Below are positions 48,346-61,058 of a DNA stretch of 64,000 nt, piece after piece. The notes below the pieces were generated by a model. That model had not been told where the DNA came from, did no database searches, and saw nothing but the letters and a program-made list of their open reading frames with translations. The translations under genes were made by a program, and so were the position numbers. The stretch comes from Sphyrna mokarran (Eukaryota), in assembly GCA_024679065.1 (NCBI GenBank), contig JAGIQG010000004.1, positions 55,304,001 through 55,368,000 on the forward strand, read 5' to 3'. How positions within the stretch are numbered: the stretch's first letter is position 1; every line of letters begins with the position of its first letter.

Positions 48346-49149
48346 AAATTGTACAACTCTTTCAAGCCTAAAGATGCTGCTCTTCAGCTTGCAAGTGTGA
48401 ACTTCTTGTCAGTTTTTCCCTGGTCTCCTGTGCAGCTCCAATGTGCTCTTTCACTTTTTTCCTGGCTGGCCATGATTTCAATACTTCACGTGCAAGCCTG
48501 TTTTTGTACTTCCTTCTGCTAAGTTCTTCTCCTGATTTTTATACTGATATGCTCTTAAGGAATGTTTAAGTCATTTTTATCTTTCCATGACTTCCTACAT
48601 AATAGGTGACTGAACCTCAAAAGTAATTGACTACAAGTGCTTTTGAACCACCCTGGGGATATGAAAGTTGTTTTATGGACATGGGTTTGTTCTGCAGTTG
48701 AAATTTTTATTTTGGTGGGTGTGTTATGGTTTGTAATAAATTGTTAAATCATGTGCCATTTTCCCTTTTTTTTTAACAGATCTTGCTTTAATAGTTTCAT
48801 TTTAGCACTGGTTGCAGCATTTCCTGTGGCCATCTATTTCAGAAACTTAATATTGAAATCATCAATTTAAGGAATGAAGAAAGTAGGCAATGAACAAAAT
48901 ATAAACATGCAAAACAAAAACACACTGGGAGGCAATGGTAGTGCGAATCCATTTTCGTAAATTGCTTTTTGTCTTTTTTTAATTAAAGTCAAGTCTAGAT
49001 TACGCACAAGCAATACTTCATGTAGGTTACCTGCTGGTGGTTGTGAATTTATTTAACATCCTGACACTAAATATAGCATTACTTGTCATTGACTATTTAT
49101 TTATCCTTTTACACATTCACCCCTTTCTTAAAAAATGCCAGCTGCAGCT

Positions 49150-49372
49150 TATTTGTGAAACATTAAATTGGGGGCCCTCTGTTCCTTATTAATATAATAT
49201 CTATATCTCAACCATGGTCACTAAAATATAGATAAACTGGTTACTTGTGTTTTTGTGACTCCTTGTTATGTAAAAATTGACTGCAGCATTTCCTTACATT
49301 ACAACTTGCTACATTTTTTAGTATTTCATTGGTTGTAAAGCTCTGTCCTGAGGATACAGAATGTAAGATTTT
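49150..49372 (+). mobile_element. DeuSINE (SacSINE1-like) 3' relic with L2-type tail
   Basis: TCTCAACC..CACTAAAA..AGATAAACTGG..TTTGTG..AAATTGACTGC..TTTCC.TACATTACAAC..TTCATTGGTTGTAAAGC..TCCTGAGG. Confidence 0.6.
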
Positions 49373-49392
49373 TGTTCACATCTTCAAATCAG

Positions 49393-49498
49393 GAAGGGCT
49401 AAAAAGTACAGAATCCCAAGAAAACACTGTATGTGACGATGTGACTTCACGTGATGAGCACAGTGAAAAGTATGAAGACATCCTCTGGATTAGTGAAG
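49393..49498 (+). CDS. ANLN: Anillin-like coding exon (EGLKSTESQENTVCDDVTSRDEHSEKYEDILWISE)
   Basis: ATCAG acceptor, AG|GTATGA donor, 106 nt, phase 0-1, open frame, supplies the required phase change. Confidence 0.8.
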
Positions 49499-50077
49499 GT
49501 ATGAATGATGTACACTATTACTTGATTGTCAACTAATAGTTCCACTGCCAAGTATTCAATCTATTCTTGCTGATGGTTAATGCTTCTGCCGTCTTGCATA
49601 ACATTTGGTTTCTACCGTCTTGAGGCCTGTTTGTTGTACTACCATGTCAAGCGGCAAGCTGAAATTTAACTTGATTGAGCTCTTTCACTTTTTTTGAACT
49701 CAACTCAACATTTTTGTCATGAAAATTTTCATTGATGTTGGAAAGGTGAGATAAGGTGAAGGACCTGAGTTTTCAGATTGCACAAGCAAAATTCCATTTC
49801 TTCTCTCACTTTGAATTAGATGTAGGAACAAGTCTGGGTATTTATCTTTATTCTTCCTTCTCACTCCAATTCAAGTTCCAGTATAGAAATGTTTGCAGCC
49901 TTGGTCTACTACTATATGCATCTGTCAAAATAGAAATATGTGATGTGACTTTTTAGTTTCAATAATTTAGTATATTAATATAGTTTGCACTGCCTACACT
50001 ATACTATGATGGAAGATACTGATAGGTTTACACATTGTTCAGTGTATAACCTTCATAAACTGTTCATCTCAAATTAG

Positions 50078-50218
50078 GTGATTGCAAGGGAGAAGCGCCA
50101 ATGGATTGGTCTACTCCTCTCAGGAAAGTTACTCTTGCATCAGAACCACAAACCATTCCATCATCAGAGTATGTAGAAACTGAAAGTGATAAGAATGAGA
50201 GGTGCATCTCTGAGATTG
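50078..50218 (+). CDS. ANLN: Anillin-like coding exon (DCKGEAPMDWSTPLRKVTLASEPQTIPSSEYVETESDKNERCISEI)
   Basis: ATTAG acceptor, TG|GTATGA donor, 141 nt, phase 1-1, open frame. Confidence 0.8.
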
Positions 50219-50370
50219 GTATGAAAATTTTGCCATGGCCCTTAAATTATCAAGATACAAACTTATTTCTGAATTTTTAAATTCTGATTTATATTCAGAG
50301 GAATGGGAAAAGAAAATAGCACTTTTTTTTTTGGTTCTTTACAACTAGGAGCTGTAATGAGTTCTCATGG

Positions 50371-50396
50371 GCTGCCCCTTGCGTGCCACCTAGTAG
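50371..50396 (-). promoter_or_regulatory. Candidate intronic CTCF motif(s)
   Basis: Reverse complement CTACTAGGTGGCAC (one mismatch to the core) next to CGCAAGGGGCAGC. Confidence 0.3.
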
Positions 50397-51210
50397 TGGG
50401 AAGGGAAAACAAAATGATCCCTCCTTTCTGGCTCATCGACTAGTATTGATGAATGTTTGGTGCATGGCGGGAGGAGAGTGAAAATGGATAAATTTGATTT
50501 TATGAAGCAAACCTTTTAAGCGCATAGTGCAGCATGTGCCATTTCTGTTTGATTATATTCCTATTCCAAAACACATTGAAACCACTTATTCTGCAATTTG
50601 GTAAAAGGTGTTAAATGGGAGATGGTAACCCAAAACTTATGGTGAACTCTCGCAATTGATCCTCCTACAACTTTCCTGAACACCTGAGGAATGTCCATAT
50701 CTTTTTTTAAAAAAAAGTTTTTAACTGGGGGGGGAAATATTTAAACACTGGTTTGTAACTTTAGTATTTTCAGTATTTCATAGGGGTGAGTTATTTCAAT
50801 AAATGAACCATCTGTTAGGGTAATGTGCCACTGAACCATTATTGAACAAGGAGCCTAGATTGATCCTGTGCTGACTGGCACAGCAGTTGGGCTTTTTACA
50901 TTTTTGGTTAGGCAAATTTCCAGCTTCTGAATTCTATCCGAAAACCTAAGAATGTATGTACTCTGTACATGTGACTTGATCAGTCTCTGGTAATAAAATA
51001 GACTGCTGCTAGTTTGAAGATATAAAAAATGGCTATAATTTTACATCTTCCTTTAATTCACTTTTCTGCAGTAAAAGTGATTTAAGTCTCTTTTAAAATG
51101 AAGTGGAAAGAAACTTGGTGTCATCTATAACCATTTTTGAGGTCTATTTCTGTAGCGCATAATTGCATAAATGAGGGTCTTGTTTAATTGTTGCTTTTTA
51201 TCTCGATTAG

Positions 51211-51539
51211 AGTTGAGCTCCCAGGAAGAATTGAACAACTCCGAAATAATTGATAAGCTTTCTGAAGATGTGCTTGACTCAGACAGTATGGATGAAAAAA
51301 TAGAACCTCTGGCTAAAGAACAAATAATAGCAGAATTGAATGCTGAAGAGCAATGTGATGATGTAAAGTCTGAAACTGAGGGAGAGTCAAAAAAGTCCCA
51401 AGCTGAAGATCAGAGTGGTGATGTGAAGTCTGAAGCTGAGGTGAAAGATCCAAAAGAGAACAATGAACTGACTTTACCCAGTATCTCCATTTTGTCTCCA
51501 CTTGCTAAGTCTATCAAGTTGGATGCTGCATCTCCTCTA
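51211..51539 (+). CDS. ANLN: Anillin-like coding exon (LSSQEELNNSEIIDKLSEDVLD..LTLPSISILSPLAKSIKLDAASPL)
   Basis: ATTAG acceptor, CTA|GTAAGT donor, 329 nt, phase 1-0; matches anillin INSSKVINDLFSDVLE and LNISSMSLLAPLA. Confidence 0.92.
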
Positions 51540-52194
51540 GTAAGTGTACACTCTTCCAATGGTAGTTATTCTGTTCAAACAATTGCAGTTTGCCTGTATT
51601 GGGAATCCAATTGTGTAAATATTGGGTGTGGAGAGCTCCAATAACTTAATGACTTGGATTTTCTGCTGCTTCTGTCCTCATTATATGATTTTTCAACCCT
51701 CAAAGTCGCAGACGGGTTAATAATTCTGTTCCATATGTCTCATCCAAAACGTGCATTGTGCTAGATGAAATTAACTGAGGACTGAAGTTTTTTAAACTGC
51801 CTATTCAACTGTTGCTTTAAGTGGAAATCCCCATTGGCTCATGGCTTCCTGTTGCTCCATAAGTCGTCATATTTGGATCTTACTCTTGAAAACGTTGCAG
51901 GGTTTCCATAACTCTTGCATCTGTTGGCATAATCTCAATATTCTAGCTCTTAACCATGTCATTATGTATGTGACTTAAAATTATTAAACTTGATAAGCAA
52001 TGTGTCAAAAATCTTAAATTTATCACCATTTGAATTGAGCCTCTAAAACTTTGCAATCGCTTGATTTTTGTCTATTTTTCTTTTCCAAAAAAAAACTGAG
52101 CTTCAAATGAAACAGTCAACACTACATAAAATAGTCTATTTATTTATTTTAAAAACAAGGACAAAGAAGGTGAAGATGTGCAACTTCTAGTGAT

Positions 52195-54015
52195 AGAACA
52201 GAGTTTGATTTATTATTGTCACCTTGTATTAACATGCGATGAAAAGTAGTGTTTCTTGCACACTATACTGACATACCTTACATAGAGGAGGGAATGAGAG
52301 AGTGCAAAATATAGTGTTACAGTAATAGCTAGGGTGTAGAGAAGATCAACTTAATGCAAAGTAACTCCATTCAAAAGTCTGACAGCAACAGGGAAGAAAC
52401 TTGACTCTGTTGGTATGTGACCTCAGACTTTTGTACCTTTTTATCCTGAAGGAAAAAGGTGGAAGAGAGAATGTCCAGGATGCATGGTATCCTTAATTTA
52501 TGCTGGCTGCTTTTGCTGATGTAGAGGTGCTGGTGTTGGACTGGGTAAATTCAGTAACAGTCTAGCAACACCAATTTTAAATCCAACTGATTTTATTTGA
52601 TAGTAAATCTGCAAGCTTTCCACTTTCGTCTTTGTCAGGCAAATGCAGTGTTCTGGTCTGCAATAGCACAGACAGTCACAGATTGCTGATTAGAATGCGA
52701 ATCCTTATACCTAACCTGCTATTCAAGTCTTCAGGTTAGGTGTAAGGATTCTCATTCTAATCAGCAATCTGTGACTGTCTGTGCTGATATGTGTGCTATT
52801 GCAGACCAGAACACTGCATTTGCCTGACAAAGACAAAAGTCGAAAGCTTGCAGATTTGCTATCAAATAAATCGGTTGGATTTAAAATTGGTGTTGCCAGA
52901 CTGTTACTGCTTTTGCTGAGGCAGGGAGATGTGTAAACAGAATCAATAGATGGAAGGCTGGTTTGCATGATGGACTGGGCTACATTCACAATCTTTTGTA
53001 GTTCCTTATGGTCTTGGGTAGAGCAGGAGCCATACTAAACTGTGATATAACCAAAGAATGCTTCTGTGGTGCATCTGTAAAAGTTGATGAGAGTCGTAGC
53101 TGACATGTCAAATTTCCTTAGTGCTCTAAGAAAATAGAGGTGCTGGTGGGCTTACTTAACTAGTGTCAGTATGGGGAGACCAGGACTGTTGGTGATCTGG
53201 ACACCAAGAACTTGAAACTCATGACCCTTTCTACTAAGTTCCTTTATGCTTCCTGAAATCAATGACAATCTCCTTTGTTTTGTTGATTATCGAGGGAGAG
53301 ATTATTATAGCTGCATCAGTTCACCAGATTCTCTATCTTCTTGTACTTTGTATCGTCATTGTTTGAAATTTGACCCAGTATGATGGTGATGTCGTCAGCA
53401 AATTTGAAAATCGAATTGGAGGGAAATTTGGCCACATAGTCATAGGTGTATAATAAGTACAGTAGGGGGCTGCGAAGACAGCCTTGTGGGGCACCAGTGT
53501 TAAGGATGATCATGTAGTTGCCTATCCTTACTGATCAGGATCCCGTTACAAAGGGAGGTGTTGAGGCCTAGGCCACACAGCTGGGAGATGAATTTCATGG
53601 GAATAATAGTTTTGAAGGCTGAGCTGTAGTCAATAAATAGAAATCTGACAGGTGTTCCAGGGTTGAGTGCAGGACCACAGAAATGGCATCTGTTGTGGAC
53701 CTGTTGTGATGGTAGACAAACTGTAGTGGGTCCAGGTTGTTCGGGAGGCTGGAATTGATTCATACCATAACTAACCTTTTTGAAGCATTTCATAATGATG
53801 GATGTCAACCATTGGCTGATAATTGAGGCACGCTGCTTGGTTTTTCTTGGGTACTGGGATGAAGATCATTGTCTTGAAGCAGATGGGGATCTCAGATTGT
53901 TATTAAAAAGAGATTGAAGATGTCTGTGAATTCCTCTGCCAGCTTATCTGCACAGGATCTGAGTGCTCGTCTGGGTACCCTATCTGAGCAGTCACTTTCT
54001 GTGGGTTGACTCTCA
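52195..54015 (-). mobile_element. Decayed Rex1/Babar LINE (RT plus 3' tail)
   Basis: RALRSCADKLAE.FTDIFNL, TSIIMKCF, FIDYSSAFKTIIP, NTGAPQGC..SPLLY, FKFADD; tail TTTTCATCGCATGTTAATACAAGGTGACAATAATAAATC. Confidence 0.9.
52520..52909. mobile_element. Penelope-like palindromic element with ~170-nt arms and 13-bp flanking duplication, inserted in the Rex1 element
   Basis: Arms 52552-52718 and 52732-52909; CTGCTTTTGCTGA repeated at 52507-52519 and 52907-52919; same leader and outer arm as 7109-7312. Confidence 0.8.
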
Positions 54016-54286
54016 AAGGTTGAGGGGAGTAAGGAACAGTTGCTTGCTGGAACAGATTGTTTGTAGTAGGCATTAGGGCAGAAGTATCTAATTTGGCTTG
54101 TCAGCATTTAGGCTTGCTAATGAACTATCAGGCTGTTTTAGTGAACGTATTCACTGACCGTCGGCCATATTAATGGAGTCCCTCAATTCCAAACCAGAAT
54201 TAAAATTGCCAAGGGACTAGTATTTGAACATAACTTGGTATTCTTGATATAATGTGCCTCAAAATATTTTTCCCTCTATTTGATAG

Positions 54287-54429
54287 ACTGCCGTACTCTC
54301 GTCACTAAACAGTAGCCTAACTGAATCTTGCTGCTCACCCTATTCTTCGCTTGAACTGGATGCTCCTGGACGAAACCAAGATCCATCTGTAAATCTTTCA
54401 CCTGTTGTTGAAAGTACAGCATTCTACAG
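54287..54429 (+). CDS. ANLN: Anillin-like coding exon (TAVLSSLNSSLTESCCSPYSSLELDAPGRNQDPSVNLSPVVESTAFY)
   Basis: TTGATAG acceptor, CAG|GTACTT donor, 143 nt, phase 0-2; joins to give FYS-IDLYR (anillin LYSIDAYR). Confidence 0.85.
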
Positions 54430-55225
54430 GTACTTCCCCTGCAAGCATGATATAAAGATGCATTTTGATGCACAGTAATTTCAAAAATTTTAATCCTTAC
54501 CAGTTGCTTCCTGTTTGTAAAGAGGATTTCTGAAACTATCTTGAATTTGGTTAATATTTCTTTGACAATTTATTGGACTGATAATAGATCCTTTATAAAA
54601 CTAAGTTTGGGCATTGGCTACAACGAAAGTAAGCACTTTATTCTTTTCTGCCATTCAATGCATGGCTGGTCTGTATTTTCATCCATCTGCCTTTGTTCCA
54701 TAATCATTGAGTCCTTGACCATTTAAACATGCTATATCTCAAGATTTAAAATTATTAACTGAGCTAGCAAATGCCTTTTGTTGGAGTATTTCATACTCCT
54801 ACACTCTTAAAAGAATGGTTGCCTAGCTATTGAATGATTTGGCTTTGGTTTTAAGGCAATATCATCCCAATTTGGGCTCCTCCAATAGCAGAAAAAATTC
54901 TCTATGCTATTAATTTTCAATCAAACCACCTATAAGGCAGTGAACAAAAGTCAAATTTGTAATCTCGTCCTTAGTAGGAGCTGGTGATTGAGATTAAAGG
55001 GGAGCCACACATTATTTTTTTTTTTGTCAGAAGCTCCTTTTTGTCTGAATTTTAACACATCTTTTAAAAATAAGGTAGAGCAGGCAATGATCCCCCCCCC
55101 TTTCTCTTGCTAGTGCTGTTGTTTTTAATGCTTGAAGTACTGGCAACATGGTGTATCTGCACTGCATTTCTTTCAAGGCCAGTATATCTTCCTGAGATGT
55201 GAGGCCCAGCCATGTACACAGTACT

Positions 55226-58001
55226 GAACTTGCAGCTTGGATTAGTATCTGGAACTTTGATGTGGCCATTTCAGAGACATGGATAGAGCAGGGACAGGAA
55301 TGGTTGTTGCAGGTTCTGGGGTTCAAATGTTCTTCAGAGTAGAGAAGGGGGGAGAAGAGTGGCATTATTAGTCAAAGACTGTATCACAGTGACAGAAAGG
55401 AAGTTTGAGGACTTGTCTGTTGAGGTAGTATGGGCTGAGATTAGAAACAGGAGAGGAGAGGTCACCCTGTTGGGAGTCTTTTATAGACCTCCTAAAAGTG
55501 CTAGAGAGGTAGAGGAAAAGATTGCAAAGATGATCCTGGACAGGAGTGAAAGTAATAGGGTAATTGTTATGGGAGACTTTAACTTTACTAATATTGATTG
55601 GAATAGCTATAGCTTTAGCTCGTTAGAGGGGTCAGTTTTTATACAAAGTGCACAGGAAGGTTTTTTTGACTCAGTATGTGGATAGGCCACCTAGAGGTGA
55701 GGCTACATTGGATTTCGTACTGGGCAATGAGCCAGACCAGGTGTTAGACTTGGAAGTAAGTGAGCATTTTGGTGATAGTGACCACAATTTGGTTACATTC
55801 ATCTTTAGTGATGGAAAGGGATAGGCATGAACCAGGGGGCAGTAGTTATAGCTGGGGAAATGGTAATTATGAGGCTATTAGGAGAGATTTAGGGTGCATA
55901 GGTTGGACTAGGAAACTATAGGTGCTGGGAACATCTGAAATGTGGAGCTTATTCAAGGAACAGCTACTGCAAGTCCTTGATAAGTATGTCCCTGTCAGGC
56001 AAGGAGGAAATGGTCAAGTAAGGGAACCGTGGTGTACAAAGAAAGTTGATTCACTGGTGAAAAGGAAAAAGGAGACTTATGTCAAGATGAGGCATGAAGG
56101 CTCAGTTAGTGCACTGTAAAGTTATAGATTAGCCAGGAGGGAGCTAAAGAATGAGTTAAGAAGAGCTAAAAGGGGACACAAGAAGACTTTGGCTGATAGG
56201 ATCAAGGAGAATCCTAAAGCTTTCTTTAGATATGTTAAGAATAGAAGATTGGTTAGGGCCAGTCAGAGACAGCAGTGGGAAGTTGTGCGTGGAGCCTGAA
56301 GAGATCGGAGAGGCACTGAACAAATATTTCTCTTCGGTATTCACTCAGGGAAACGTAAATGTAGTTGTGGAGAACACTGGGATACAGGGTTATAAACTGG
56401 ATAGTATTGAAGTAGATAAGGAGGAGGTGTTAGATATTCTTGAGGGTATGAAAATAGATAAGTCCCCTGGGCTGGATGGGATTTACCCTAGGATTCTCTG
56501 GGAGGAAAGAGAGGTGATTGCAGAGCCTTTGGCTTTGATCTTCAGGTCGTTGTTGGTTACAGGTATAGTGCCGGAAGACTGGAGGATAGCAAATGTTGTC
56601 CCATTGTTCAAGAAGGGGAATAGAGACTATCCTGGGAATTGTAGACTGGTGAGTCTTACTTCTGTTGTGGGCAAAGTTTTGGAAAGAATTATTAGGGATA
56701 GGATTTATAGTCACTTAGAGAGAAATGAATTGATTGGTGGGATAGTCAGCGTAGTTTTGTGAAGGGTGGGTCGTGCCTCACAAACCTTACTGAGCTTTTT
56801 GAAAAGGTGACCAAAGAGGTGGATAAGGGTAAGGCAGTTGACATGGTAATATGGACTTTAGTAAGACGTTCGATAAGGTTTGCCATGGAAGGCTTCTGCA
56901 GAAAATGCAGATGTATGGGATTGAGGGTGATTTAGCTAATTGGATTAGGAATTGGCTAGCTGATAGACAGAGGGTAGTGGTTGATAGGAATTATTCATCA
57001 TGGAGTTCGGTTACAAGTGGTGTACCTCGGATCTGTTTTGGGGCCCCTGCTGTTTGTAATTTTTATAAATGATCTGGATGAGGGTATAGAAGGATGGATT
57101 AGTAAATTTGCTGACGACACCAAAGTTGGAGGAGTGGTAGATAGTGAAGAGGGGTGTTCTAGTTTGCAGAGAGACTTGGACAATTTGCAGAGCTGGGCTG
57201 AGAGGTGGCAAATGGAGTTTAATGCGGAAAAGTGTGAGGTAATTCACTTTGGCAGAAATAACAAATGTATAGAGTATAGGGCTAATGGTAGGACTCTTAA
57301 TAGTGTTGATGAACAGAGGGATCTTGGTGTATATGTGCATAGATCCCTGAAAGTTGGCAATCAAGTCGATAATGTTGTTAAGAAGGCATACGGAGTCTTA
57401 GCTTTTATTGGTAGGGGGATTGAATTTCAGAGCCGCAACGTCATGTTGCAACTGTACAAAACTCTGGTGCAGCTGCACTTGGAGTATTGTGTACAGTTCT
57501 GGTCCCCACATTATAAGAAAGATGTGGAGGCATTAGAGAGGGTACAGAGGAGGTTTACCAGGATGTTGCCTGGTATGGAGGGCAGGTCTTATGAAGAGAG
57601 GCTGAGGGATTTGAGGTTGTTTTTGTTAGAAAGAAGGCAGCTAAGAGGTGACCTTATTGAAACATATAAGATGATTAGAGGTTTAGATAGGGTGGACAGT
57701 GATAGCCTTTTTCCTAGGATGGAGAAAGCTAGCACGAGGGGACATAGCTTTAAATTAAGGGTGGTAGTTATAGGATGGATGTCAGAGGTAGGTTCTTTAC
57801 CCAGAGGGTGGTAAGGGTATGGAATGCCCTGCCTGCAGCAGTTGTAGATGTGCCAAGTTTGGAGATGTTTAAGTGGTCAGTGGATAGGTTTATGGATGAA
57901 AATGGAATGGTTTAGGTTAGAGGGTCATTGCTTTTTTTCCATTGGTCGGCACAACATCAAGGGCCGAAGGGTCTGTATTGCGCTGTAATGTTCTATGTTC
58001 T
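55226..58001 (+). mobile_element. CR1 LINE, almost complete ORF2 (endonuclease plus RT) with several frameshifts and stops, inserted into an older minus-strand CR1 relic
   Basis: [58 protein letters not shown], tail CTATGTTCT; possible AGTAC target duplication. Confidence 0.95.
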
Positions 58002-58500
58002 AGTACACCTGATGCAGTCTAATCAGTATGGCTATAGCAAGCCTTGCTCCTCTTTGAAATATATTCTAGGCCTTTTTATAAAGGCTAACATTCTACTTTT
58101 TTGTACCTGACTACATTGTTACATAGACTCCCAAACTTCTTTAGACTTGCATTGTTTTTAGTTTTTTATTATTTAATTAACAATCATATCTTTTCTTCTT
58201 GGGCCAAAAATGGGTGACTGTGAAATGCAGTTACCACTATTTTTATCCATTTACTTAATCACTGTTTCCTCTAACCTTTGTCATTGGCAAACTTGGATAA
58301 ATAGCTCTTTGCGCTATAGTTGAAACCACGGCACAGATCATTGTGGGGCACACTGTTAACTCCCTTTATGAGCATACTATTACCTTTTAAATAACCAAGT
58401 GAATATTGGCCTTAATTCATAATTCTAATTTTCAGTTGAGATTTCACATACAACTTATCAAATGTCTTCTGTTTATCCTTTCTAATTTAATCTGAAGACA
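58002..58500 (-). mobile_element. Old CR1 relic, continuing ~54900-55225
   Basis: ATAAAGGCTAACATTC, CACAGATCATTGTGGGGCACAC and CTTATCAAATGTCTTCTG correspond to reverse-strand KAFDK, GVPQ and MLAFI remnants. Confidence 0.5.
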
Positions 58501-58992
58501 TTCCTTTGTCTACTACTTCTGTTATTCCCATATCAAAAAATTATTTGTTGGACATGACCTACCTATTACAAGTCCACGTGGGTACTTTGCATGAGCACAT
58601 ACCTTTGTCACTAACCTTAATTAGAAGTCCAATAACTTTTCCACAAATTTGTAAGGTTATAATTTCCAGCAATTTCTCTCTTTCTCACCTTAATATGTTA
58701 CATTTTGCAAATTTCCAATCTAATGTAGCAATTCCTGAATTGACAGCTTCGAAGTTTATGGCATTTGCAACATGATCACCAACTTTTAAAACATTGGAAT
58801 GGAAATCATTGTGCCTTGGCATTGTCCATCTTTAACACCATTACTTTTATTCTAATACAATTTTCTTGTTGTTTTACTTTCATGAGTTGCAATTTTAGGT
58901 GCATTATTAATTTCCCTGGAATATTGGAGTGTTACCTTCCCCTACTGTTAAGGCTGCCACAATTCATGTCTTTCATTTCTCATGCATATGTT

Positions 58993-59337
58993 TTATTGAA
59001 ACATATAAGATGATTAGAGGTTTAGATAGGGTGGACAGTGATAGCCTTTTTCCTAGGATGGAGAATGCTAGCACGAGGGGACACAGCTTTAAATTAAGGG
59101 GTATGAGTTATAGGACGGATATCAGAGGTAGGTTCTTTACTCAAAGAGTGATTAGGGAGTGGAATGCCCTGCCTGCAGCTGTTGTAGATGCGCCAAGTTT
59201 GGTGGCGTTTAAGAGGTTAATTGATAAGTATATGGAAGAGAAGGGAATGGTTTAGTTTGGAGGGGCATTGCTTTTTATTTTGGTCGGCACAACATCGAAG
59301 GCCGAAGGGCCTGTTCTGTGCTGTATTGTTCTATGTT
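58993..59337 (+). mobile_element. Young short CR1 3' fragment, nearly identical to the reverse complement of 5560-5895
   Basis: YKMIRGLDRVDSDSLFPRME.ASTRGHSFKLRGMSYRTDIRGRFFTQRVIREWNALP and the same 3' UTR. Confidence 0.95.
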
Positions 59338-59914
59338 TTCAAAGGATCCACATTGCATTTCTTTTTGCTTCTAATTTAATTTGTAAAACCCATTAATCTT
59401 GATCTTTGTCATTTTGCTATTTATAACTCTCCCAATTGCTTAAATTTATATTTTGTACTGCAATTTTGTTTTTCCTTCATTTCCCATTTTTAAAACATAA
59501 CATTGAATTTGCAAAAAAAAAAATGCTTTTGGTAGAAAGGGAGAGATAAGAAAAATACACTTTACAGTTAAACTTTGCCTGTTGCACGTTATAACCAGTT
59601 GCTTCCTGAAGTTGCCTTCACAGTTAACCACCTATCCTATTTTAATGTAGTCCTTTCAATAAATTTAATTTCATTAAGTCTCTTTGACAGTACTTTATCA
59701 CACGCTTTTTTGGAAATCCAAAGATGCAACATCCTCTGTATTTACTCTATCAACACACAGTTTTACTTAATCACTTGTCCAACTTTTTAAAAATTATGCT
59801 AGTTGTCCTTGACTGTTTCTTTAGGGTAATTGTTTGGTTTACTTACCTGAGAGATCAGCTTATTTATAAATGTTTCATTGATCCCTTTTTGAATGGATAC
59901 ATTGTATTAATAGT

Positions 59915-60046
59915 CAAAAGATGGATAAATTAGTGGGTTAGACATGGTAAATGTGTGGGATTGTGGAGCTGGGCCTGCGTAAGATGCTCTTTGGTGCAGA
60001 CTTGATCAGCCAAATGACTACCTTCTGCACTGTAGGAGTCCTATAA
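59915..60046 (+). mobile_element. HE1-type SINE 3' fragment
   Basis: GGTAAATGTGTGGG..GGTGCAGACTTGATCAGCCAAATGAC..CTGCACTGTAGGAGTCCTAT. Confidence 0.6.
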
Positions 60047-60297
60047 ACTCGTAGGTAGAACTTCCATGCACAAGTCTGCTTGAAAGATTCTTGTTGGAGC
60101 ACAGCTGTTTTCTTTGATTTTTCACATTCTAGGAACATGCTTTTGAGGTCCAGTGCCTCTCCCACTTTGGTTCAAAGTTATTGATTATATTCATTCTTTC
60201 AATATTCATTATACACTTTTTTTTTTGTGCTGTCAGTGCATATATCAAAGAATTAAACTTTCCAAACTTCAATACACTTCCCCTTTTTCCTTTTCAG

Positions 60298-60439
60298 TAT
60301 TGATTTATATAGAACTCAACGTCGCAGTGCTCGGCTGCAAAAAAAGAAAAATGAAGAAACCAAAAAAGCCACTGCCCCAAGCATCATTAAAAATTCTTTG
60401 TTGGCAACACAGCAAGTGACAATAAAGGAAAAAATAAAG
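60298..60439 (+). CDS. ANLN: Anillin-like coding exon (IDLYRTQRRSARLQKKKNEETKKATAPSIIKNSLLATQQVTIKEKIK)
   Basis: Long polypyrimidine tract with CAG acceptor, AAG|GTATGG donor, 142 nt, phase 2-0; matches anillin IDAYRSQR..VNIKQKMQ. Confidence 0.92.
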
Positions 60440-61058
60440 GTATGGGATAATCATGTAAAATGTTATTTTCCTGAAATTGTGAATGTGAGGGATGTAGGGG
60501 AAAAAATTACAATGGTGCTTTTAAAGTAATCATAGCCATTTGGCCCATCAAGCCTGTACTGAAGACAATCCCACCCAGGCTGTTTTTATGGCTGACTTGA
60601 TCTTTAAATATGTTTTCATTTGGGCAACAAAGACCATCATTGATCTCCGTCACAAGAGATTTAAGGATTGAGAGAGGAACAAAACAACAAAAATAGAAGG
60701 AAACAAATGGAGTACGAAAGAGAGACAAAGTTGGAGTGAGGAAAAGAGAGCCCTACCCCTCTCCCCGTCCACAAAAGAAGAAAATACAAAAAAAAACCTA
60801 TATTTTAAATGTCTAAACAGTTCACTATCTAAAGAAGTGGGGCTGTATTGTTTATTTTCTCCTTTTCTAGGTCAGGAGACTGATTAACATTGCATTAACA
60901 ATTATCCTTAAAATGGTATTTGCATTACTAATTACAGGACTTGGCTTTCTGTGAGTTTAATGGACAAATTAATTGCAAGTCCAATAAAGTGCTAAGAATA
61001 AAAAGCAATTTATGTGAAGCAACAGATGAAAAATGTATTTTTCCCTTCCTTTTCCTAG

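Noticed and set aside
51540-51644. C-terminal extension of the 157-aa ORF 51171-51644
   Set aside because: It is read-through into the intron past the GTAAGT donor at 51540; the ORF start (51171-51210) is likewise intronic.
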